This document shows positions 10,419 to 57,703 of a stretch of 64,000 nucleotides of DNA, piece by piece. How positions within the stretch are numbered: position 1 is the first letter of the stretch; each line of letters opens with the position of its first letter. The notes below the pieces were generated by a model. It was not told the origin of the DNA. It did no database searches and was given only the letters and a program-made list of their open reading frames with translations. The translations under genes were made by a program, and so were the position numbers. The DNA comes from Macrostomum lignano (lineage: Eukaryota), in NCBI GenBank assembly GCA_002269645.1, contig NIVC01001797.1:1-64000 (forward strand), in the 5' to 3' direction.

Positions 10419-13400
10419 ATGCCAGAAGGAAACATTTTACAAGTACTAGACTACTACAAAAATTATGCGCTAGAAGGAGATGAAATTCCATTAAATAACT
10501 ATCTTTTGAGTTCCCCAAAAGGATTTCCAACTTTGCGCAGCCTGGTTGACAGTCAGCTGCAAGCTGCCAAACCGAGTGCGGCGAGGGCCAACCAGCCACA
10601 GCCAACTCCGTGTAGCAGACGAAAAGAAGAGCTGTTTCAGATTCAGAAATTCACCGATATTGATCAGGCAGCAGAGTCGGTGCAACTGAACTGGCAGGAC
10701 GACTGGGAGACGCTTTCTCAGAAATTGTTTCGGAATTCGACCGGCGATCTCGAAAAAGTGCGCTCTGCTTTTGTGTTTACCTGCAGAGACTGGAACAACG
10801 GACTGCCAGCTCGCAACAAAGAGAGCTCAGCGTATAGGCTTATTCGAGAGAGAAACTATGCAGAGATTTTTGAGAACTTGGTCAGGTAAGGACTGCTCAT
10901 TCTGAAGAGTTCAGGTTCAGTCATTCAGTTTGTTAAGGAAATTAATTTTTGTAGCAAATTGTGTGTAAAGATTGTTGAAGAAGAGCACGTGAAGCCTGTA
11001 TGTACGATTTGATGCGAGAGTGCCTTGAAAGTGCTAAATTTTTATTTTAGAAAAGAGACTATCGCATTGGGAGTGAAACCTAGTAGATTAGCCTCTTAGC
11101 AGACCAGTGTCTTAGTTGATCAGTGTCTTAGTAGACCAGTGTCTTAGCAGACCAGTGTCTTAGCAGACCAGTGTCTTAGTAGACCAGTGTCTTAGTAGAC
11201 CAGTGTCTCAGTAGACCAGTGTCTTAGTAGACTAGTGTCTTAGTAAACCAGTGTCTTAGTAAACCAGTGTCTTAGTAAACCAGTGTCTTAGTAAACCAGT
11301 GTCTTAGTAAACCAGTGTCTTAGTAAACCAGTGTCTTAGTAAACCAGTGTCTTAGTAAACCAGTGTCTTAGTAGACCAGTGTCTTAGTAGACCAGTGTCT
11401 TAGTAGACCAGTGTCTTAGTTGATCAGTGTCTTAGTAGACCAGTGTCTTAGTAAACCAGTGTCTAAGTAGATCAGTGTCTTGGTAGACAAGTGTCTTAGT
11501 AGACCAGTGTCTTAGTAGACCAGTGTCTCAGTAAACCAGTGTCTAAGTAGATCAGTGTCTTAGCAGACCAGTGTCTTAGTTGATCAGTGTCTTAGTAAAC
11601 CAGTGTCTTAGTAAACCAGTGTCTTAGTAAACCAGTGTCTTAGTAAACCAGTGTCTTAGTAAACCAGTGTCTTAGTAAACCAGTGTCTTAGTAAACCAGT
11701 GTCTTAGTAAACCAGTGTCTTAGTAGACCAGTGTCTTAGTAGACCAGTGTCTTAGTAGACCAGTGTCTTAGTTGATCAGTGTCTTAGTAGACCAGTGTCT
11801 TAGTAAACCAGTGTCTAAGTAGATCAGTGTCTTGGTAGACAAGTGTCTTAGTAGACCAGTGTCTTAGTAGACCAGTGTCTCAGTAAACCAGTGTCTAAGT
11901 AGATCAGTGTCTTAGCAGACCAGTGTCTTAGTAGACCAGTGTCTTAGTTGATCAGTGTCTTAGTAAACCAGTGTCTTAGTAAACCAGTGTCTTAGTAAAC
12001 CAGTGTCTTAGTAAACCAGTGTCTTAGTAAACCAGTGTCTTAGTAAACCAGTGTCTCAGTAAACCAGTGTCTAAGTAGATCAGTGTCTTGGTAGACAAGT
12101 GTCTTAGTAGACCAGTGTCTTAGTAGACCAGTGTTTTAGTAGACCAGTGTCTTCGCAGACCAGTGTCTTAGTAGACCAGTGTCTTAGTAGACCAGTGTCT
12201 TAGTAAACCAGTGTCCTCGTAGACCAGTGTCTTCGCAGACCAGTGTCTTAGTAGACCAGTGTCTTAGCAGACCAGTGTCTTAGCAGACCAGTGTCTTAGC
12301 GGATCAGTGTCTTAGTAGACCAGTGTCTTAGCAGACCAGTGTCTTAGCGGACCAGTGCACCGAGAGTCTTGAGGCTCGATCGCACCTCCATAAAATGGAG
12401 TAAATTTTTGCGTGATCACGCAACTTGTACATATTCTTTAGTCCCTTTGTGCGTGAGTGCTGCGACTTGACGGTTCATCTAGCGTAGCGGTGCACTAACC
12501 AAGAGTGACTTAGTGAGCCTTTTCCCATAGTAATGAAAGTATAGCAAACGCAGGAAAATATTTCAGAGCCGGAGGCGTACCAATAGAACGAATCGAAGGC
12601 TGGAAGAAGTCTGCAGACTCCAAAGTTGGCTTCCATGTCAGACGATCGGTAAATCCTTGGCACGCCTGCTTCGTGAGCGGAGAATGGCGACTGGTTGACG
12701 TCCACTGGGCTGCCTCGTCGGTATTCAGCAGCCGCACTGGCAGATACCGCGAGCTCGACAAAGATGGCGAGTTGTCCCAGACCCTGACAGCCAGTGAGAC
12801 CCCTCAGATTGAGGAGAAGTTCGGCCGCAACGAGTTTTTCTTTCTAACTGATCCCGAGAAGCTGGTAATGAGCCACTACCCGGACGATAGGAGCTGGCAG
12901 CTGTGTAAGAAGCCGATCAAGTTCGAGCAGTTCGAGCAGATGCCGCACTATTTTGCTGGCTCTGAGCAGGCCATGCCGCACTGCTGGCAGGTGGAGCCGC
13001 TCAACTATCTGAAAAATGTCATTCTAGCTGAAGAGGAAGGCCGAGTTGAGATTCTTTTCAGGTAATTTATTTTACAATTTTGGACGTGCAAACTTTTCAA
13101 CAGCTCGTCGTACACCCGTACAAAGTGCCGATTGGAATGGATATTGCAGAGTGCCTGACGCCGAGCTGCTTCGAGATTTAGAATTCGATGCCAAGGTCAG
13201 CATCGCCAAAAGGTGCTTGTCGAGTTCTGATGCGCCAGCATCCAACAGGTTGAAACATGGCAGAATCATTCACTGCGACCGGCTGGGTCCTGCACCATCG
13301 GACATTGTCCAGGTTGTGTTTCGGTCACCTTGCGCTGGCAAGTTCGCTCTGACAGTTCGAATTAAAAAGAAGTATGGAGGCAGCGGCTGGGCTCGACTGG

Positions 13401-13510
13401 CCACCTACATTGTGCACTGTCCTGTGGTAGGTGTCCCGTGGTTTGTCTGCCTCAGTTTGTCTTTCCTTAGTCTATAGGGAAAGCCATGTGTTTCTCTGTC
13501 ATCAGCATTG

Positions 13511-13607
<97 letters not shown>

Positions 13608-15133
13608 TATCATCATCATCATACTGTGCAATTTTATTTTCAACATTACGAGCGTATTAGAGATCGCCTACTGAAGAGTAGCAAGTAAAGAATTTTAAGC
13701 GACTTATGTTGCGTGCGAAAGGCGCACTAAAAGTTTTGAATTATTAAAGTTTATTACAATTTATAAAAAAATTGAAACCATCTGCTTCAAAAAGCAGTCC
13801 TTGTCTATCGTGAGTTACACTTGCACTTTCCTGCTAATCTGTGAAATTATATTGTCAATGCAGGTATCTAAAGAATCAAAATTATCAAAGTCATCTCAAC
13901 CGCCAAATCCAGAACCAGAGTCAGAGTGCGGCCCAAATCTCAAAACAAGGATCAGTGATCATAGATCCGCCAAATCAAGACACAAATCCAAAGCCATATT
14001 CAAGGCCAAATTCAGATCTAGATGCAACTCCAAAACCAGAGCCAAAACCATACATCTGGAGCCAAAACCGGAGTTCAAGCCCTTTGGGTCGAAAGTTTCC
14101 TATGGGAAATTTGACCAGAGAGCAACTGGCTCAGTTGCGCAGCTACCCGAAGCCGCCAAAATGGGAATTCAAGGCGATCAAAGCCATACTGCTCATGCTG
14201 GGCTTTTACGAAGGACGGAGCAACGTGAGTGGCAGGACGGTTTTGTAGGGTGGCAACAATTTCAAGCATACGAAACGTTTGCTAATTTAAATTTCAGAAA
14301 TGGGTCCGCTGTCAGCAACTAATCTCTGCCATACCTCAGGCGGCCAACGATTTAATTATCGAATCCGTTCATCCGGAAATCGCTGCCAGATGCCTGCAAC
14401 TCGTTCAGTCGAAATCTGGCACGCCAACGGCCAAGGATAACCCGGAAGAGAAAGCTTCGTATATCTTCAGGGAGTGGGTGAGTTTGCGATGCAATTGCGA
14501 TGTGACTGAGGGTCAGGGCATGAGATAGGTGTCGGGAGGGGCAGAGGGGCAGCGCGTGAGGTGGGTGTCGGGAGGGGCAGGGGGAGCACGTGGAGGTGAG
14601 TGTCGGGAGGGGCAGGGGGCGTGTGGAGGTGAGTGTCGGGAGGGGCAGGGGGCGCGTGGAGGTGGGTGTCGGGAGTGGCAGGGGGGCGCGTGGAGATGGG
14701 TGGTCGAGAGGGGCAGGGGAGCGCGTGGAGGTGGGGTGTCGGGAGGGGCAGGAGGAGCGCGCAAGGTGTGGGTATCGGGAACGGGTCTTTAGTTTCAATT
14801 TATTCGCTGAAATAAAATTTCTGTCAGAACTTTATGTATGCAATCTAACATTAAATTCTCAAGGTTGAAAAGAACGCCAACGCAGTCAAGGAGGTGACGC
14901 CGCCCGGCGATTTCAAAGCAGCTGACAAACAGCGGCAGGTGCAGCTGTTCGGCATCACACCCGAGGAGGAGGCCCATTGGGACTGGGAGGACAATATAAA
15001 AAAGTCTGAAGTGGCCCAGAAATTCATCTGCTTTTGCGACTATTGTCACGTTGCGATTTATAATAACGATTTAAAGATCCACCTGCACTGCAACGTGTCC
15101 AGAGCGAATGGCTTGCGCAAAAATGCGCTGTGA
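10419..15133 (+). CDS. KY/hillarin-type gene, paralogue 2: degenerate transglutaminase-like core, one Ig-like repeat, Pro-rich linker, dynein-MTBD-like domain, C-terminal CxxC..H..C motif
   Basis: Exons 10419-10885, 12567-13061, 13150-13426, 13864-14224, 14298-14477, 14864-15133. Motifs DLEKVRSAF, NPWHACFVSGEWRLVDVHW and EFFFLTDPEKLVMSHYPDDRSWQL are typical of KY/hillarin. Exon 4 needs a net frameshift, and the start codon is uncertain. Confidence 0.8.
11099..12357. repeat. 16-bp minisatellite (AGACCAGTGTCTTAGT)n in intron 1 of paralogue 2
   Basis: Read directly; variant units recur in longer blocks. Confidence 0.95.
13511..13622. repeat. (CAT)n microsatellite, intronic
   Basis: Read directly; source of the poly-His and poly-Ile artefact ORFs. 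Confidence 0.95.
14520..14765. repeat. ~32-bp G-rich intronic minisatellite
   Basis: Unit GGAGGTGAGTGTCGGGAGGGGCAGGGGGCGCGT. Confidence 0.9.
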
Positions 15134-16832
15134 AACTAAATGGTGATTACAGTCTGAACATTTCGTAGAAACTGGGAACCTTTTGACTCGTTAACGTTTT
15201 ACAAATGGCAATGCTCGTATGTAAGACTAGGTTAATCTCTTGTGTTATGAAAATATTTTGCACTTCTAAAGTACTAAAGAGAAAGTAAATGCATGATAGC
15301 GGAGACAGGAGAGTCAGGTTATGGCTGGGAGGAAATGCGAGAAAGGAATCTGAGAAATCGAGGAGAGGGAGAGCAGAGATGGAGAGAATAAATAGAGAAG
15401 AGAGGAAGAGAATAGAAAGAGAGAAGATGCGAGGAAGGTGGGCGTCGGCAACACTGCTGGTACCCCAGTTTCTGCTTTTTCATATCCTAATATTGCCGTT
15501 GTGAACTCGCGTATTCTTGTTCGAATCAATTTGCTGCTTTGCTGCATTCTTTATACATAAACTTTGATTTGCAGATTTAATATATTCATCATTTGTCAAC
15601 AACATTATTTATTAGCACATAGGACTTCAGAATCATTTTCGGCGAGTTTTTACAACAGATTGGCGCTGCTTTTTTAATCTAGAAATAAATTAACTTTTTA
15701 CAATAAAGCTGGCCATTTTACTCAAGAAGCGCCCGTTATTGGTTTTTAAAAATAAATATTCAGAAAGGCTGGCATGAGCAAAATACTTTTTGATTTTCTT
15801 TTTTTGAAGGGAGTGTGAACCTTCAATTGCGGTATCTACATGTACATGAAATTCTGCGGCTTGCAGTGATTAAGCTAGGCTCAGGGTTTAAATTGGGTTT
15901 CAAGTTGTCACATTGGCTTTCAGGATGCTAAACTAAACTTGGTTTTACAGAGCCGTATTGGTGTTAGTAGGGCACAGTTAGGCGTCCAGGAGGGCGCGTA
16001 TAAGTTATCAAGGGCCGTTATTCAGATGTCTATCTGGGCCAGAACAAACCGGGTGCCACTGCCCCACATTTTCATATAGGTGTCAGTAGCGCATTGTACA
16101 ATGTAACCTAATGAATCTCCATGAACTGATGACCTCCCAAAAATACATAGAGAGGTTTGACCGCCGGCATGAAATCCATACCTTGAATGAGGTTGACTAT
16201 CCATGAATTAATACCTATTTATCTTCATATATTGAATTTGCCATGGTGCAGTTTTGATTGTTTGAAATTTGTTTTTTTAAATTCTATATTTCTGGAAAAT
16301 ATATAAAGTAAATTTACGTACTCGTAATTTTGTTTTTCTTAATAGGTTACTCAGTAACATTTTAAAGTGGTTTTCCTGGTTTCTAAAAAACTTAAGGTAG
16401 GTAAAATTAAACACCTAACTTTTAACATTTAGGGCTCTGAGCTCAGACTAGCTGTTGACGAATCTTTTGGAAGATATTGTTTTATATTGATTTTTCTGGG
16501 CATTTTTTAGAGTTACATTACTCATACCAGACTGTAAGTATAGGCCTAGACTATACAGTCTACAAACTCCTCCATTTGACATTGTGTCGTGCCATCTCAA
16601 CTTCAGGATAGGCCTACTATACTGAGTGATAGTGTCAGTGATAGGCCTACTGAATAATTGTATAACGTTTAAAAAACTTTTCATAATCACAATAAGAAGA
16701 TATTCCTACGTTCCATTAATATTGTCAAACCATAAAATTAAAATAAGTTAGGCCTTCTTAGCTAGGCTACTTTATTTGTTGGTCCTAAGTCAGTTAAGTA
16801 TTGAATCTAGTCCAGACTAGACAAATTTTATC

Positions 16833-34568
<17,736 letters not shown>

Positions 34569-35584
34569 GCTGAGCTGAGCTGAGCCAGCCATGCTTATTT
34601 ACGAGAATCTATCTCTCAGATAAAGCCCAATTTAATCGCGTCCATCTGAAAAAAAACATTTATTGCACCTGTCTGGGCTTTACGAGTAATATGTCCGCTC
34701 TCGTATTTTTTTATTACCGTTTTGCGCTCATTTTGTAGTACTCGCTGTAGCCAGTGCACGTGCATTAAGGTTTGGTTTTGCCTGTTTCTATTGTAGCGTG
34801 CAATTTCTTAAAACATTGATATGTAATAACTGACACTAAGACTGGACATAGTCATCGTTTATTCACTGTTTTTTAGCTGGTCTAGCAAATTTAATTAGTA
34901 TGTCGCTAATACTACTACTACTGTCGGCAGTTATCGACAGTAGTTCATTGCAAGCATATAGATATTTTTTATTTTTCAATCGTTTATTCTTTAGCCAGCG
35001 TGTGCAATTAAAAATGATAACAACCAGAAGTAAAAAAATGATAAGTCTGTCAGCGATCTGTGATAACAGAAATTGGTGAAACGGATGGATTGAATTGAAA
35101 TTGAAATTTCATAAGGCTCTGTTTTAGGACGCGACTATTCGAGCCATTGTTTTTCTTAACTTTCATTCATTGAGGCCTATAGATACTGCTTGGTAGTTTA
35201 TGCATATAAATTATTATATTGTGTGAATATGATAAAATAATAATTTTTGTATTGCGAATCAGCAAGTGCTCAGCACTTCATCAATCAATTTGTTGGACTT
35301 CTCAAACCCTACAATCCCAGATCTCTCAGTCGATCTCGGTTAATCTGTAATTACTGTTTTACATTTGTTGCTAATTTATTATTTTATTACGAGTAAATTG
35401 TGCAGTTCACATTTTCAGCGCAAATTTGGGCAATTCTGAAAATATATTAAATAAAATTGCTTGCTAGAATGACTCGCATTCACCTGTGCGTTGGCTGTTT
35501 TGCCTCAGCCTCTTTGGGCGAATCTGTACCCGCATCTTGGCTAAGTAATTCGCCTTGCCTCTTTTGCAACAGACCTATGCTTGT

Positions 35585-36295
35585 GGGCGCCGCCGCTCCC
35601 ACCCCATCTCCCCGATGTGAGTCTCATCTCATCTGCGGGGCGCCGCTTCTCCACCACCCCACCTCCCCGATGTGAGTCTCATCTCATCTGCGGGCGCCGC
35701 TTCTCCACCACCCCACCTCCCCGATGTGAGTCTCATCTCCTCTGCGGGGCACCGCTTCTCCACAAACCCACCTCCCCGATGTGAGTCTCATCTCCTCATC
35801 TCTCTCCTCCCGATGTCTCTGCAGGGCGCCGCTTCTCCCCCACCCCACTTCCCCGATGTCTCTGCAGGGCGCCGCTTCTCCCCCACCACACCTCCCCAAT
35901 GTCTGCAGGGCGCCGCTTCTCCCCCACCACACCTCCCCAATGTCTGCAGGGCGCCGCTTCTCCCCCACCACACCTCCCCGATGTCTGCAGGGCGCCGCTT
36001 CTCCCCCACCCCACTTCCCGATGTCTCTGCAGGGCGCCGCTTCTCCCCCACCACACCTCCCCAATGTCTGCAGGGCGCCGCTTCTCCCCCACCACACCTC
36101 CCCAATGTCTGCAGGGCGCCGCTTCTCCCCCACCACACCTCCCCAATGTCTGCAGGGCGCCGCTTCTCCCCCACCACACCTCCCCGATGTCTGCAGGGCG
36201 CCGCTTCTCCCCCACCACACCTCCCGATGTCTCTGCAGGGCGCCGCTTCTCCCCCACCACACCTCCCGATGTCTCTGCAGGGCGACGCTTCTCCG
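35585..36295. repeat. 41-bp minisatellite downstream of Miro
   Basis: Unit CAGGGCGCCGCTTCTCCCCCACCACACCTCCCCAATGTCTG. Confidence 0.92.
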
Positions 36296-38424
36296 CCTCC
36301 CATTGATCTTTGAAGTTTATGGAGTGCCCCCTCCAAGTGTCACTAAAGAAAATCAATGAAGGTCCGGTATTATAAAAATTCTCGCCCTGAATGCAACTGT
36401 GGGGATTATAGATCTTCAGAGGACTGCTCTGTCTCCCGGGCAGCTTTGCATTGGAATGGCCGTTATTGGCGTTGTCCGTCTCCTCAGCTGGCTGTATTTT
36501 ATTTGCATATAATCGACTTTCAGGGATTTAAAGCAATCCGCTGTGCCCACTGGGATGGGGGGATTTCTACCAACTCGGCTCCTCCTCAGCTAGGGAGGAA
36601 CAGCTAGCGCTGCTCACAGTTTGAAAATCCCCTCTGCCGGATCGAATGCCCGCATTTGCATGATCTTGCCCCCCGCTGCCCATCGGCGCCTGCACATGAT
36701 ATCCCAACTTTCCTAGCAGTTCTTTATATCCCTTATAGACAATCGATTTCTCTTGGGTAGGGGAGATTGAGGCTGAGGGGGGATTTATCTGACTCTCCGG
36801 AAGGGATGCGGCAGTAGGGGATCTGCGGGAGCAAGTAAAGCCGTCGTCATCTTTGACTGACAACCTGTCTGCTTCTTCCGATATGATCTGCATGGAATCC
36901 CGGAGCGAATGCTTTGGGGAGAGGGGATAATTCAGCTTCTCTGATCCCAAGCCTCATTCAGCTTGAAGATAAACAGGAACTGCGCCTTGGGCCCCGCCTC
37001 AATTTTCCCGGGAATAATCGGAGGCCAACCTCTCTTCCCCGTAATTTGATTGCCGCGCCAGGCGCCGCGCTCCCAAATCTCCCCACTGTTTCCCAGCGCA
37101 AGGGCCCCTTCCCTACGGCTACTGATCGGGGCGACTTGGGACTGGCCTTTGCGTGAGGAACCAAACTGTTATGTATGACATGGAAAACAACAGACTCGAG
37201 GGGGGGGGGTATGGGTGGGTCTAGGGCCTGTGTAACCTTCGCAGTCACGCATCGCGCTTATTTGGCTTGTGCCTGAGTCAAAATAAAAAAAAACAGCCAG
37301 AATACAAGTCAGAGACAGACTGGTCGCTTTCACAAGCTAAGTTGTGAGCTAGCGGAACTGACTTTTCGACGATACGAGCGTATGAAATTGGCGCGTATGA
37401 GCTTGTGAAACGCATCATAGTCAGATGCTAAAAATAGCACATAATCTCTAAACTAAGTTGTCTATGATAGCGAGCGTTCACCTCTGAGAGTCTCGACTAG
37501 TCCAGCTTCACAAGACACCAGGCAGGGAAATAGACTAAGCGAACAGGGAAAAATGTGGAAATGCTTGCTCCTTCAATTGCTTGCTCATTTTCATATTTTA
37601 GTCTCGCAATATGCTATAACTTGCTTCAACCCTTACTTACTTGCCCTTGCAAATCTTGAGAGCGGCAAAGAGAAACAGACCGGAGGCTGTTCATCATGAG
37701 CACGGTATTTTCTTATAACTATAGATTATATTTCATTTTTAGTATATAGGATTTTTATAACGTCACAAAGTTTTAAATGATTGCGGGAAATCGGCTGGGT
37801 AATAAATACGTCAGATGTGCGGGCGCAGCAGCGGGGGTGTGGGGTGTTGGCGTCTGTGATTAACTATGCTGGCCATGGACCTCTGCATGCTCTGGACTGG
37901 GAGCGATTACCTCGCTGAAAAGTAGAAGAACCTCTGAGAAATTTGAAGAAGTCTCCAGTTGTATGAGCGTGGGTCTGCTCCCAGTCCAGGTTTATTAGAA
38001 ACTAGATTAAAATCAATTAGAAATAGCAATAAAAAAGCAAAGAAACATTATATGGTTGCAGGATTAGGCATATTAGGCAAAAGTTTCACTAGTATTCACT
38101 ACAGTATTTATTTCTTTTTTGACATATCTGCAGAATGGTCCGTGTGGATGCACGTAAGGAGGTCACGACGCAAAAAATAAATCGCTTTATTTTCAGTGCA
38201 CACAAGGCTTGTTTTAAGAGTATCATTTTGCTATAAGAATTGTAACACTTTTTATAACGATCTTTGTTTATGTACATCTAACGAGAATACGATTCAAAAA
38301 AGCCGCATTGAATTTCAGACTGTTATTATGGGTCATTTCGTGGCGCAGAATGTCATTTAAAGTTATTGAAAAAGTACTCAGCTTTCTCAATTTCAGGCAT
38401 GTACATATTAGCACCTACCCCTCT

Positions 38425-38760
38425 CCATTCTCTTCATTCTCCAGCACAAATCTCACTCCATTTCCTTCCTCCCCAGCCCCACTTCACTCCATTTCCTTCC
38501 TCCCCAACCCCACCTCACTCCATTTCCTTCCTCCCCCAGCCCCACCTCACTCCGTTTCCTTTCTCCTCAGCACAAACCTCACCCGATTTCCTTCCTCCCC
38601 AGCCCCACCTCACTCCGTTTCCTTCTTCCTCAGCACAAGCCTCACCCGATTTCCTTCCTCCCCAGCCCCACCTCACTCCATTTCCTTCCTCCCTAGCACC
38701 CACCTCACTCCATTTCCTTCCTCCTCAGCACAAACCTCACTCCGTTTCCTTCCTCCCCAG
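38425..38760. repeat. C/T-rich minisatellite
   Basis: Unit built on CCCACCTCACTCCATTTCCTTCCTCCCCAG. Confidence 0.85.
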
Positions 38761-38906
38761 CGACCCTATTACAATCAGTAGCACTATGACCTCAACAGAA
38801 ATATTTTGGGCACAAATAATCCATTAGAGTATATGGCAAAACAAAGATCATTTTGAGTTTTTTTTCAGTAACAAGCAGCCGTTAAACACTTTATCATATC
38901 AGGTTG

Positions 38907-55118
<16,212 letters not shown>

Positions 55119-55204
55119 GGAGACTATATATGCTCATAAATCGACGATTCACGCCTTGTACTATTCTTGAGAAGTTGCATATGCTCTTCGCTAACCATTT
55201 TGGC

Positions 55205-55260
55205 ATAAATAGGTGAAAAATATGAAATCAAATTGACCAATCGGCGTAACCGACCAATAG
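55205..55260. promoter_or_regulatory. Paired CCAAT motifs upstream of the CYLD-like start
   Basis: GACCAATC and GACCAATA about 100-140 bp upstream of the ATG at 55118; motif match only. Confidence 0.3.
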
Positions 55261-55344
55261 CAGCTGCATGATGATCAGATCGTTTAAATCATTTGATGGG
55301 CTACAACTGCTACTGTCAGCGAGCAGTAGTATAATGTGCACGCT

Positions 55345-55550
55345 GGGGTGCCGTAGCCCAGTGGTCTAGCGCGGCGCTCTGATGTGCCAGAGGCCCAGGC
55401 TCGATTCCAAGTGCAGTCACATTAATTTGGGGGCTAAATTGGAATCTCGGCTTGGCTCTGCTCGTGCAATTAACGGCCTTGAGGGCCACCCCCCCCCCCA
55501 AGGCACAGTGAAGTGTACATGCCTAACGATAGATAAAGTTAGGGCCGCTG
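55345..55550 (+). mobile_element. tRNA-derived SINE-like element
   Basis: GGGGTGCCGTAGCCCAGTGG (A-box) and GGCTCGATTCC (B-box) at tRNA-like spacing, with no acceptor stem. Confidence 0.5.
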
Positions 55551-56013
55551 TACGTATGTGCGTTATTTATTTAGAAATTTAAGTACTTTTGATGCACAAA
55601 ACACTTTTGGTGTCAAAGAGCCAAAATTTGTACTTTTTCGTAGAATCCACTGTCCAAGAAGGGCATGATTGACAAATAAATCAAGGGATTTTTCACGATC
55701 GCTTTTGTTTTTATTTTGAATGCGAAGAAAATTGCAGTTCGATGGGAAACTCAAGGAATTTAATATAGTTAGTCCTGAATAAAAAGCGGCTATATAAATG
55801 ACAAACAGAATTAAGGGAATCGATTTAAATCAAGATTTCAGCTCGTAACAGCTTAAAAGTTCGTAAACCAGAAAGATTTTAATCACTAAGAAATTTTGCT
55901 TATTAGACTTTAAAACTATAACAAGAGTTAATTATGAAAGAAGCGAATTTAAGACAGTTTTTCCAACATGAAGTTAGTTTTTAGGCGGCAAAAACAGACC
56001 GACAAACACTGGT

Positions 56014-56774
56014 TTAACCGTTGACCAAGGCTTTCAGTTTGCCCTGGTCAGCCAAAGCTTTGGTCTCCGTGCCGCCGCCGATGTACTTGCCGTTAATGAA
56101 AACTTGGGGAACCTGCGAACGTGCAGTAGTATGTTGTGATCATGGGACAGTAGTATGATGCGACTGAAACTATGTAAGTGTCTGCGCCCTTAGAATGATT
56201 TCAGTGCTGGACTCGGGGGCGATTCTCAGTGGACTCAGGGGGGCGGTTCTCAGTGGACTCGGGGGGGGGCGATTCTCAGTGGGCTCAGAGGGCGATTCTC
56301 AGTGGACTTGGGGGGGGCGATTCTCAGTGGACTCAGGGGGAGGACGATTCTCAGTGGACTCAGGGGGGGGGGGGCGATTCTCAGTAGACTCAGGGGGGAG
56401 GGCGATTCTCAGTAGACTCAGGGGGCCGAATCTCAGTGGACTCGGGGAAATTTTCAGTGTTGGATTTGCAGGCAATTCATTGAGTCACTGAGATCACAGA
56501 CTCTAGCTAAGCAATGTATGCGTGTAAGATTTCAGCCTACACTCAAGGACAGTCAGTAACTTACTGTGCGCGACTTGGTCATGCTGCACAGAGTGTCCTG
56601 AATGTTGCTACAGTCCTTCCGTTTTTCGATCTCTTCCACAGTGTATGCAATTCCACAGCTGTCAAGCGCCTTTTTAGCCATGGTGCAGAAGGGGCAACTG
56701 GACTTAGAAAACATCATTACTTTGTTTGAGGCAATCTTCTCTTCAATCCAGTTACGGGTATCTCCACTGGCCAT
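56014..56774 (-). CDS. GLRX: Dithiol glutaredoxin (CPFC), 102 aa, 2 exons
   Basis: Exons 56774-56565 and 56112-56014: MASG..MFSKSSCPFCTMAK..SRT|VPQVFINGKYIGGG..KLKALVNG*. Confidence 0.95.
56195..56445. repeat. G-run minisatellite in the glutaredoxin intron
   Basis: Unit GGCGATTCTCAGTGGACTC(G)n. Confidence 0.88.
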
Positions 56775-57046
56775 GGTTGCTATTTTCTGTGAGCAAAGAA
56801 ATTTTGTAATTTAAGACAGACAGTAGAGATAGTATATTGTGATTATTTAATAATTGAAATATTAAAAAATTAGCTATAGTTTAGGAAGCATAAAAAATTT
56901 ATAAAATTATAGATTCTTTAAGGTATATTGGATCCTTAATTATTTATTCCAAGTTTTTGTTTTAAATTTTAACAACTTCTAAACTTCCTAGATAAATATT
57001 AAAAAAACTCAACAGCCTTACAAACACATAATAAGAATTTTTGCAG

Positions 57047-57703
57047 TATAAAAGTTTTCTAGGTTGTCAATAACCAGATGGGCTACACTGAGTTCTCAAT
57101 GTGGGCACAATTTCACTCATGGCAAAGTTCCAAGTACTTTATAAAGTGACTTCTAGCTGTAGCCTGAAGAATTTTAACCTGTAGGCCCTATAACTTTTGC
57201 TGACACATTTTTAGACATATCTTCCGATACTTTTTAATACTTTAAATGTTGCTTAGAGCTAAGTCATGTATATGTATATCAATTAATGCAAATGACATGC
57301 AACACAACTGATATACTGCAGGCTACTGCAGTACTATAACAAACATACATAGACAAATGTACATGAATATAATACATATACATGGATATCAGAAGATGTG
57401 TCTAAAAATGTGTTGGCAAAAGTTATACAGGTAGGCCTAGCACTTTGCATATTATACTTATATATTTGGCACTTATAAAATATTACTTATACTAAAAAAA
57501 CTTATACACTTATACCATAAGTTATAGCACCATAAAAATAACTTACAACTAACTTTTAGCCTATATTTTAAGTTATTTTTATTTTATATATCCAATTGTA
57601 CCATAAACAAAAAGATTTAAAGAGCACATTACAATTTGAAAGTGCTCATATTAAGAACTTTATTTAGCCTATCAGGTTATTGACAACTTAGAAAACTTTT
57701 ATA
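57047..57703. mobile_element. Foldback-like element with nested inverted repeats
   Basis: 57047-57086 is inverse to 57665-57703, and 57190-57230 is inverse to ~57385-57425. Confidence 0.65.

Noticed and set aside
11099-12357. CRISPR-like regular array
   Set aside because: Head-to-tail 16-bp units with no unique spacers, in a eukaryotic intron
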